Virus record (IMG/VR): IMGVR_UViG_3300032291_001823
Span: 29,516-93,515 of that record
Length of the DNA: 64,000 nt
From: a virus
Direction: 5' to 3' (one strand)
Shown piece by piece: positions 57,595 through 64,000 of the stretch. Both the position numbers and the translations under genes were made by a program. Each line of letters opens with the position of its first letter. The stretch's first letter is position 1. Under the pieces are notes generated by a model. That model did no database searches. It was not told where the DNA came from and saw only the letters and a list, made by a program, of their open reading frames with translations.

Positions 57595-58044
57595 TTAAAT
57601 TTTATATTCTAATAAGTGAATAATGTCATCTAGATAAACGTATGTAATTAAGTCTTTTCTACCAGGTCTTGTAAATAACTCCTTATACTTTTTAAACCTG
57701 TATATTTTACCATGACCTACAAACTTTCTAATAAACTCAAGTAGTGCTTGTCTGTCAAATACATAAAAGAAATCTCCTAGTAGAAAGGCTATTTTTTGTA
57801 CATCTGAACAAAGCCAACCTTTATCACCTTTAACATTTCTTAACTCTAACCAAACCATTGTGTTTGATGTAAAGGAATCACTTCTATTTAACTTTTTACT
57901 TCCCTTTACATCGAAAGAGACACCATCAACAAAAAAATCAATGTGTTTAGTTATATTCTCTTCCTTAGTAGAATGAGTTACACTTTTACCAAGTCTTTCT
58001 ATTCTTCGCTTAAACTCTAATTCTGATGGAGTGTTTGAAAACAT
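57595..58044 (-). CDS. PD-(D/E)xK-family nuclease-like protein
   Basis: HIDF.VDG..FDVKG, W.E..NV.G..GWL. The true start is probably ATG 58044, because the longer ORF-track extension runs through a terminator and promoter. Confidence 0.65.
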   Translation of the reverse strand: MFSNTPSELEFKRRIERLGKSVTHSTKEENITKHIDFFVDGVSFDVKGSKKLNRSDSFTSNTMVWLELRNVKGDKGWLCSDVQKIAFLLGDFFYVFDRQALLEFIRKFVGHGKIYRFKKYKELFTRPGRKDLITYVYLDDIIHLLEYKI

Positions 58045-58047
58045 ATT

Positions 58048-58079
58048 CGAATTTACAAAATATTTTCCAACAGACCAAA
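58048..58079 (-). promoter_or_regulatory. Bacteroidota-type promoter, possibly giving a leaderless mRNA
   Basis: Minus strand TTTG-N20-TAAATTCG-aat-ATG. Confidence 0.7.
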
Positions 58080-58082
58080 AGT

Positions 58083-58116
58083 AAAAAAAAAAGTCCCAAT
58101 GTAGACACATCGGGAC
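58083..58116 (-). terminator. intrinsic terminator
   Basis: Minus strand gtcccgatgt-gtct-acattgggac followed by T10. Confidence 0.88.
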
Positions 58117-58136
58117 AGTTTAAATCGAAAAACAAG

Positions 58137-58310
58137 CTAACTCTTAATCACAGTGTTATTCTTTATTCCTTTTGGGTGATAAGGACAATGTCTGCATCCT
58201 CCTTTAGAACCACAGCAATGTCCTCTGTCAAGATGATACTTTTCAGTGAACACCACCTTTCCATTTTCCAAATAGAAATGTACACCTTCTATGAATTCCT
58301 TCTTCTCCAT
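58137..58310 (-). CDS. 57-aa Cys-rich protein (DUF5522-like; not in ORF track)
   Basis: MEKKEFIEGVHFYLENGKVVFTEKYHLDRGHCCGSKGGCRHCPYHPKGIKNNTVIKS. Confidence 0.8.
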   Translation of the reverse strand: MEKKEFIEGVHFYLENGKVVFTEKYHLDRGHCCGSKGGCRHCPYHPKGIKNNTVIKS

Positions 58311-58849
58311 TAAGGATTGCTTGCAATTTTTTTACAAATGTCTATAAAATACTGATTATCAAACTTATTTTTCATAATGTTTACATCTTTATGAACCCAT
58401 TGTACATTACCTAGAATATATCCCTTAGAAGAGTTTATTCTATCTAGAGAAGCTGTTGTTGAAGATGCTAAGTTTGTTCTATCTTTTGAAAAACTTTTTG
58501 ACATTATGAGAGGTAGTCCTGAAAGAGCACATTTGTAATTTTGTTTTTCTAGAAGATCTAAAATTTGCTCTTTTGTAACAGCAACTTCTATTTTTCTTTT
58601 TTTAGCTCCTTCTAAAATCCTTGAAAAGAATGTGCTGCTTAAATTACCAACGCCTTTGTAATGTTTATTGTTTCCACAACTTCTACAACAAGTAGATCTA
58701 CCTTGTCTAAGGGTATTTCCTAAAATAAAACTTTCAACTCCACATTTACATCTCACATGAAGTTTATACCATCTTTGGTATTTTTCAGTTTTTTCAGAAA
58801 TAACTTCCCAATCTCCAAACTTTTCTCCTATTACTGGCTTGATTCTCAT
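58310..58849 (-). CDS. free-standing HNH-type homing endonuclease
   Basis: G.KFG.W.VI...RCKCG...CCRSC; CALSG...SLDRINSSKGY..GNVQWVHKDVN.MK; directly downstream of RNR. Confidence 0.8.
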   Translation of the reverse strand: MRIKPVIGEKFGDWEVISEKTEKYQRWYKLHVRCKCGVESFILGNTLRQGRSTCCRSCGNNKHYKGVGNLSSTFFSRILEGAKKRKIEVAVTKEQILDLLEKQNYKCALSGLPLIMSKSFSKDRTNLASSTTASLDRINSSKGYILGNVQWVHKDVNIMKNKFDNQYFIDICKKIASNP

Positions 58850-58858
58850 TTTAAAATA

Positions 58859-58904
58859 TTTTGGTAGTACAGCAAATATATGTAATATTTACTATACTAC
58901 CAAA
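58859..58904 (-). promoter_or_regulatory. promoter embedded in inverted repeat upstream of HNH gene
   Basis: Minus strand TTTG-N20-TATATTTG; arms TTTGGTAGTAtAG / CTgTACTACCAAA. Confidence 0.8.
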
Positions 58905-58911
58905 TTTATTT

Positions 58912-60822
58912 TTAAATGTTAATCTCACACTGATTTCCACTGCAGGCACTGATTTGACTAAAATCTACTGAATCATCCATTTCTATTACTTTTGATAAAT
59001 CTAAAGATTTTAACATACTGATTCTTTCTTCATATTGTTCCTTAGATATATTCTCAAAAGGAGCTTGGGTATAACTTCCTCCATCATGATTCAAAACTGA
59101 CAAACCATTGTACACTTCACGATTGTTCCACATCCATTCTCCTACAACTTCCCATTCATTTCTACCTCCTGTAACAACTTCTTGATAACCTTCTGGTGTA
59201 GTTACATAAGCTCTTGCAGAATCAATAGAAATTGTAGCACTTACGTTATGTGTATTGTCACCATTAACATGTCCTGCTTTAACCCATTCTGTAGAGAACT
59301 TCTTAACACGCTCTAATGTGTCAATAGCTGTCTCTGTTCTGAATATAGAGCCCTCTGGGGCTTTCACAGGAATACGTACACATACAGTGTCTGCAGGACG
59401 AAGAACATCATCTTCACAAAGCTCTGGATGGTTCACCATTAGATAGGCAGCAATGTCCTCATTCTTATTAAACCTCATAGTTCTAAGATAGTAGTCATTA
59501 TGCCATGCATGAATACCACTAGCTGTACCTAACACTAATGATGTTGTACCACTTGGCTTAATACATGTAATCCTTGCTGCTTCGTTTGTACCAATAACAC
59601 CACTAATCATGCTGTTCATCACTTTAGCTATGTGAGCAGCCACTTCAAGATTGTATTTAAGAATCTCTCCAGAACCAATACCTGTCATACCAATTCCTAA
59701 CAGAGCATCCTTTTGTGTTGTTTTCTGCCAAATAGGTCTGAGATAGTGAAAGTCTGTAAATCCAGCCTGAAGTGTACCAAAGAATGATGCTACAGCAACA
59801 CGATCATTCAAATCGTCTTGACTCTTAATATCACTCACGTTAACTTCGCAAAGATTGCAAAATTGATATGGTCGTAGTGCAATCTCACAACATGGATTAG
59901 TTCCCCAATCTTTATTGTTAGTCCAATAAATACCAGGTTCACCAGAACCAGAAGCTTCTATCCTATTCCAAATATCATAGAATTTCACCTCATCAATAGC
60001 ACCTCTTTCAAGTACAGCTGAATTGTTTGCACGTCCTCTTTGTTCATTGAGTTCATACCAATTACCGTATTTGCATGTAAGCATTTCCTCATCGTCATGA
60101 CTAAACAAAGCAATCATTGCACTCCTACGGATACCACCAGCAAGAACGCTATTAGCAATGTGACAAAGAATATCATGACATTCTATAGGAGAAAGTTTTT
60201 CCCCTTCTTTCTTTCTGTCAAGAATAGCTTGAACATGTGTTAAGCAGATTTTAAGAGGTTCTGGACCAGGAGCTTTACCACCAGCTGTAACAAGTCTTGC
60301 ACCTTTCTCACGAATAGCACGAAAATCAAATATAGGAAGGCTTCCTGATCCTGTATATGATTTCATAAGCACTTTAACAGCATCAGCCCAGCCCATAATA
60401 GAGTCTTCAATCAGATAGTTACGCTTCTTGGTTGGCTTTACTATTGCTGGAAGCTGGTCAACGTGATGCTTTTGTACAGAATAGCCTACACCTGTTCCTC
60501 CAAGAAGAAGAAACATTGTTTCACTAAAGCTGTAAAGGCTGTCAATAGGAAGATAGCAACAGTTGTAGATTCTAGAGTTGTTAACTTCAGCAGCTGGACC
60601 AGCAAACTGGAGAGCTCTCATTGAAGGAAGCACCTTCTTATCCCTAATCATTCTTGCACTATCAATAATTGCATCTTTCAGATTAGGATATTTCTTAATC
60701 ATCATACCCTGATACCTGTCAACAATTTCTTCCCAGGTTTCTCGTCGTTTCAGTTCTGGATTGTATTTTGCATATTTGCTAAACACTGTAATCTTACTCA
60801 GAGCATCTAATCCTAAATCCAT
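58912..60822 (-). CDS. nrdJ: class II (adenosylcobalamin-dependent, monomeric RTPR-type) ribonucleotide reductase
   Basis: RETW, PSMR, YNC, GGTGVG, RRSA, TNPCCEI...FCNL, TCIKPSGT and C-terminal ACSGNQCEI; no beta subunit gene nearby. Confidence 0.9.
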   Translation of the reverse strand: MDLGLDALSKITVFSKYAKYNPELKRRETWEEIVDRYQGMMIKKYPNLKDAIIDSARMIRDKKVLPSMRALQFAGPAAEVNNSRIYNCCYLPIDSLYSFSETMFLLLGGTGVGYSVQKHHVDQLPAIVKPTKKRNYLIEDSIMGWADAVKVLMKSYTGSGSLPIFDFRAIREKGARLVTAGGKAPGPEPLKICLTHVQAILDRKKEGEKLSPIECHDILCHIANSVLAGGIRRSAMIALFSHDDEEMLTCKYGNWYELNEQRGRANNSAVLERGAIDEVKFYDIWNRIEASGSGEPGIYWTNNKDWGTNPCCEIALRPYQFCNLCEVNVSDIKSQDDLNDRVAVASFFGTLQAGFTDFHYLRPIWQKTTQKDALLGIGMTGIGSGEILKYNLEVAAHIAKVMNSMISGVIGTNEAARITCIKPSGTTSLVLGTASGIHAWHNDYYLRTMRFNKNEDIAAYLMVNHPELCEDDVLRPADTVCVRIPVKAPEGSIFRTETAIDTLERVKKFSTEWVKAGHVNGDNTHNVSATISIDSARAYVTTPEGYQEVVTGGRNEWEVVGEWMWNNREVYNGLSVLNHDGGSYTQAPFENISKEQYEERISMLKSLDLSKVIEMDDSVDFSQISACSGNQCEINI

Positions 60823-60842
60823 AGATCTTTGTTTAATTAGTT

Positions 60843-60889
60843 AAAAAATGAGGGATTGCGAATTTAACACAATCCCTCTTAATAACCAA
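60843..60889 (-). terminator. terminator hairpin with a promoter -7 box in its loop
   Basis: Minus strand gagggattgtg-ttaaatt-cgcaatccctc-atttttt, overlapping TTG-N20-TAAATTCG upstream of nrdJ. Confidence 0.7.
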
Positions 60890-60904
60890 CACGTTTGTAA
60901 AATT

Positions 60905-61159
60905 CTAATTAACTAACTTTCTTATTTTCTCTCCAAGATCATAGTTATTTGGAGTGGAATTAACGATTGTAGTTATTTCAGAATACTGTGTAAGTATCTT
61001 CTCAATATACAGGGTGGCATCTTGCAACTCCTGCTGAAGATGAAGAAGGTAGTTATCACGATTATTCTCATGTAAAGTTGTGTTATACTTACTTATTCCT
61101 ACAGAACTCCTCTGTTGGAACTTTGCTATAACCTGATCGACTATTGGGTCTGTTCGCAT
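60905..61159 (-). CDS. small all-alpha protein (nucleotide pyrophosphohydrolase-like)
   Basis: RS.VG..KY.TTL...L.HLQQEL.DA.LY. Confidence 0.5.
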   Translation of the reverse strand: MRTDPIVDQVIAKFQQRSSVGISKYNTTLHENNRDNYLLHLQQELQDATLYIEKILTQYSEITTIVNSTPNNYDLGEKIRKLVN

Positions 61160-61542
61160 AACTTTTCATTTAGAATTACAAAAGCATCTTTAACAGCTAC
61201 TCTCTCAACGTCAAGTCTTGAAGAATACCATTCTTTTTCATTACAATCAATGTCTCTAGGAAGGAGTGTATAGGAATACATTACAGAATCATTCTCTATA
61301 CGAGCATCTATGTTTATATAGATTTTGAATGAATCAAATACATCAAATAATCCTCTTGGAGAAACATTTACAAATGTAAGAAGTTTATCATCTGTTAACC
61401 TCTGGCTTTTTATAAACTCTTTGAAATTATCAGGGAAATCCTGTTCGTTTATATTAAGGAGAAGTTTCTCAGTGTAGAAGTCACAAATTACATCTGAAGC
61501 TTTCCTGTTCTTTTCTAGAAACTCTAAATCAATCATAATCAA
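61141..61542 (-). CDS. hypothetical protein
   Basis: 133-aa ORF overlapping its neighbours. Confidence 0.65.
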   Translation of the reverse strand: MIMIDLEFLEKNRKASDVICDFYTEKLLLNINEQDFPDNFKEFIKSQRLTDDKLLTFVNVSPRGLFDVFDSFKIYINIDARIENDSVMYSYTLLPRDIDCNEKEWYSSRLDVERVAVKDAFVILNEKLCEQTQ

Positions 61543-61751
61543 CGTTTTATAAAGTTGTTCTCAAGTTGCACTTTAGCTTCTTCCCACCATTTCCTTTCAT
61601 ATTCGTGTTCACCAGCAGCCTCTATAAGATTGCGTGATTTATAGCTTCTATGAAGGAGATCATTTTTCAAACTTTCCATTTTACAAAAATCTATGGTTTT
61701 CTCTACACCATATTTACTAATCATAACTGTTATAATCTCACTGTTGTACAT
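61539..61751 (-). CDS. hypothetical protein
   Basis: 70-aa ORF in operon. Confidence 0.6.
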   Translation of the reverse strand: MYNSEIITVMISKYGVEKTIDFCKMESLKNDLLHRSYKSRNLIEAAGEHEYERKWWEEAKVQLENNFIKR

Positions 61752-62295
61752 GATTTTTTATTTTATCATCGTGAAGAATCTCTTTTTCTTCAATCCAACC
61801 TTGCCAAACTTCCATGTCTTCTGTAAATTCCACTCCTAACTTTTCCTCCCAGAACTGCTTAAGGTCATTTGTTTTATTAAAGATTCTGTATTGAAGAGAT
61901 ATTTCATCCTTATGAAGATTGTTTTTCATAATTTTTATAATCTTCGGAAACAAGGATTGAAATTGTGGAGAGGTTTTGGAATATTTACCAAGCTTAACAA
62001 GTCCAAAATCAGATTTAAACCTTTCGTCAAGCTTGTACACTATTACAACAAATCCCTCTCCATAATCATAATCGTCCACTATAGACTTTGTTCTCTCATA
62101 CTCATCGTCAAGAAAAACCTTAAACCTATCGATGTTCTTTGGATGAAACAATAAATAAACAGAATTTTCATATTGTACGTCGTTCCTCCCATCCTTTATA
62201 TAAGCATTGACAAATCCATTATCTTTAAGCTTGGTTCTATCAATACTTAATGTTGGTACAAAGAAAATACTAGTTATTGTTCTTGTTAATTCCAT
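61738..62295 (-). CDS. conserved phage hypothetical protein
   Basis: 185 aa, GKYSK.S motif, adjacent to the exonuclease. Confidence 0.65.
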   Translation of the reverse strand: MELTRTITSIFFVPTLSIDRTKLKDNGFVNAYIKDGRNDVQYENSVYLLFHPKNIDRFKVFLDDEYERTKSIVDDYDYGEGFVVIVYKLDERFKSDFGLVKLGKYSKTSPQFQSLFPKIIKIMKNNLHKDEISLQYRIFNKTNDLKQFWEEKLGVEFTEDMEVWQGWIEEKEILHDDKIKNHVQQ

Positions 62296-62296
62296 T

Positions 62297-63343
62297 TCAC
62301 TTCCTAAGTTTTACTACACCGTTAGAAATATAATTGCTCCTTGAAACATTCCAAATGTTCATTTCCCTAGCCCATTTCAAATCCTCAATAAGAGATTTTA
62401 CACCTGGGTAACATCTTCCTTTATATTCAAACCCTTCATAGGCCTCTAAAATATTCTCCATATCAAGGGAATATATTAAAGGACTATAATAGTTTGTGCT
62501 GTCACAAACAATAAACTTTGGAGGAAGAACATCATAATCTGCAATATCCATCTCATCTTTCATGTATATTGCAGCTTTCCAATACAAGAATGCTTGAATA
62601 TATGCCCTACGATAGAGATAGTATTCTTCAAGGAAGTTCTCTACGCTCCATGTACATTTTAGGTCATACACTTGGACAGTTTTCTTATCATGGTCAATAA
62701 CCACCTTATCCATCATACTCTTAAACTTGTGACCATCAACAACATAACCCTCCACTTGGATTTGATTAATTACTTCCCACCTAACACTGTTAACTAGATT
62801 TACAACCTCATGAGTGAAAGAATTTGACCTGAGCTCTTGTACAATCTTTTCAGCATTTGTAACATCCTCTGTAGTGACAACTGTAAGACCTTTTGATTTC
62901 ACTGTACGCATCTCATTGTAGAAGATTTCAGAATCAGATCCTACAAACTTGCCAATTACAGCATCAAACTTAATCTTAAATCCACTTTCGACATATGCAT
63001 CTTTTGCAATTTCCTCAAACGTTCTTTTCACTTCACCATTCTCATCTGTAGCTTCCTTTGTAAACTTGTACAATGCTTCTACAAAGGATAACATAAGCCC
63101 TGTAGGAGCTGTTGCACAGGCAGACATGTAAAACCTATTGTCAAATTCCTCTGGCTCTAATAACAATGTTTCTACAATTCTTCCTGTTGTGGCAGCTTGT
63201 GTGTCTTTGTCTTCTACGGTTTCTCCAGCTACATATTTCTTATAATATTTCTTTCTATCTAAACTAAATTCCTTCAGACTCGATGAACTGTCTAGATTAA
63301 TAGCTCTGTACGTTGTTTCTGTCTTTTGCTTGCCTTCTATCAT
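62297..63343 (-). CDS. PD-(D/E)xK exonuclease (RecE/ExoVIII/Cas4-like)
   Basis: S.SSLK.F, G..V..LLLEP, K.MMDKV.ID......YDLK, Y.QAFLY. Confidence 0.8.
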   Translation of the reverse strand: MIEGKQKTETTYRAINLDSSSSLKEFSLDRKKYYKKYVAGETVEDKDTQAATTGRIVETLLLEPEEFDNRFYMSACATAPTGLMLSFVEALYKFTKEATDENGEVKRTFEEIAKDAYVESGFKIKFDAVIGKFVGSDSEIFYNEMRTVKSKGLTVVTTEDVTNAEKIVQELRSNSFTHEVVNLVNSVRWEVINQIQVEGYVVDGHKFKSMMDKVVIDHDKKTVQVYDLKCTWSVENFLEEYYLYRRAYIQAFLYWKAAIYMKDEMDIADYDVLPPKFIVCDSTNYYSPLIYSLDMENILEAYEGFEYKGRCYPGVKSLIEDLKWAREMNIWNVSRSNYISNGVVKLRK

Positions 63344-63560
63344 CTTGTATTTGTTTAAATGTATTGATAATTTCTGAATACATACGTCTCACTTCCTTTG
63401 GAACAGATTTATAAAACCATCTCACTTCAGCTTCGTAATCAGATCCTTGAGGTTCAAGAAGCCAAAAACTATAAAACTCACCATTATATTCAACAGAACC
63501 CTCATACCAAATTTCTGTAAAAGAGGGCTTTTTGTTTATATTAATGTTCATGTTTCCCAT
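63297..63560 (-). CDS. hypothetical protein
   Basis: 87-aa ORF in operon. Confidence 0.6.
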   Translation of the reverse strand: MGNMNININKKPSFTEIWYEGSVEYNGEFYSFWLLEPQGSDYEAEVRWFYKSVPKEVRRMYSEIINTFKQIQDDRRQAKDRNNVQSY

Positions 63561-63799
63561 TAGTAGGATATTTCTTTAGGTTCCCATTTATAACTATAAA
63601 GCCTATAAGTTCCATCAAATTTACTTTTAATAGGCTTTGATATAAACTTCACACTATTTTTAAGTTCGTGAGGAGTTAACACCATAACTTCTCCATCATA
63701 AGTGATTCTGAGAGAATGATTTTTGTCGAGACATTCTTGCACTGCATAGTCACGAACGTCAGCCATACCTTTCCATAATTTCTTAAGTCTAATTTCCAT
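63560..63799 (-). CDS. hypothetical protein
   Basis: Likely start MEIRLKK at 63799 after an A-rich leader. Confidence 0.6.
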   Translation of the reverse strand: MEIRLKKLWKGMADVRDYAVQECLDKNHSLRITYDGEVMVLTPHELKNSVKFISKPIKSKFDGTYRLYSYKWEPKEISY

Positions 63800-63822
63800 A
63801 GCTTTATTTTTTAATTGTAAAT

Positions 63823-63930
63823 TTAATACCCCCAAGCAGTTAATGTATGCTTGAATGGATTTCCTTCTATTTCCTTGACAAGTTTTAACATATCTCCTGC
63901 AATGTCTCTAATCTCTAATTCTAAACTCAT
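63823..63930 (-). CDS. 35-aa ORF resembling the C-terminal end of ThyX (split-gene fragment or 3' exon)
   Basis: MSLELEIRDIAGDMLKLVKEIEGNPFKHTLTAWGY resembles the ThyX (HAQ)xEIRxxAxxM terminal helix. Confidence 0.5.
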   Translation of the reverse strand: MSLELEIRDIAGDMLKLVKEIEGNPFKHTLTAWGY

Positions 63931-64000
63931 AAATTCTTTTTATTAAATCTAAAAATTGGTTGTACCCTAAGTTTCTTTTAGCTTTATTACAATCTTCACA
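63908..64000 (-). CDS. C-terminal end of an HNH endonuclease (truncated by window)
   Basis: CEDCNKAKRNLGYNQFLDLIKRIYEFRIRD*; C..CN.AK HNH tail, similar to the end of the 58310 ORF. Confidence 0.65.
   Translation of the reverse strand, partial: CEDCNKAKRNLGYNQFLDLIKRIYEFRIRD

Noticed and set aside
58045-58110. N-terminal extension of the 57595 ORF given in the ORF track
   Set aside because: It runs through a terminator U-tract and a promoter; ATG 58044 is more plausible.
1-64000. Stop-codon reassignment as seen in some crAss-like phages
   Set aside because: Very long ORFs are intact under code 11, and TGA/TAG terminate genes at sensible, coupled positions.
1-64000. CRISPR array, tRNA/rRNA genes, DGR, integrase or transposase
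   Set aside because: I saw no spaced direct repeats, cloverleafs, reverse transcriptase or recombinase motifs. Intergenic space is minimal. This was judged by eye only.

Overview
An AT-rich, ~64 kb segment of a crAss-like (Crassvirales-type) phage that probably infects an environmental Bacteroidota host. The evidence is a virion RNA polymerase with a DFDID motif, TTG-N18-20-TAnnTT(T/C)G promoters, A-rich leaders without Shine-Dalgarno sites, and the standard genetic code. The + strand (1-51.9 kb) is the late/structural block. It holds the tail stabilisation ('muzzle') gene, which appears split, then cargo/ejection proteins, a 4298-aa virion RNAP, tail fibres, a holin/spanin-like/amidase lysis cassette, lectin-like adhesins and a run of tiny Lys-rich proteins. 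The - strand (51.9-64 kb) converges on it and carries three GT-A glycosyltransferases, a methyltransferase, SNase, PhoH, dUTPase, RecA, nucleases, HNH endonucleases, class II RNR and an apparently HNH-interrupted thyX at the edge. The most striking observation is a candidate virion protein O-glycosylation system. A glycosyltransferase resembling plant peptidyl-Ser/Hyp O-glycosyltransferases (46637-47656) is flanked on both sides by unannotated microproteins ending in poly-Thr-x-Ala-Pro tails. The same mucin-like tags occur on tail proteins, and an extending-GT/methyltransferase cluster lies 4 kb away. All family assignments come from motif recognition by eye; no database search was run.
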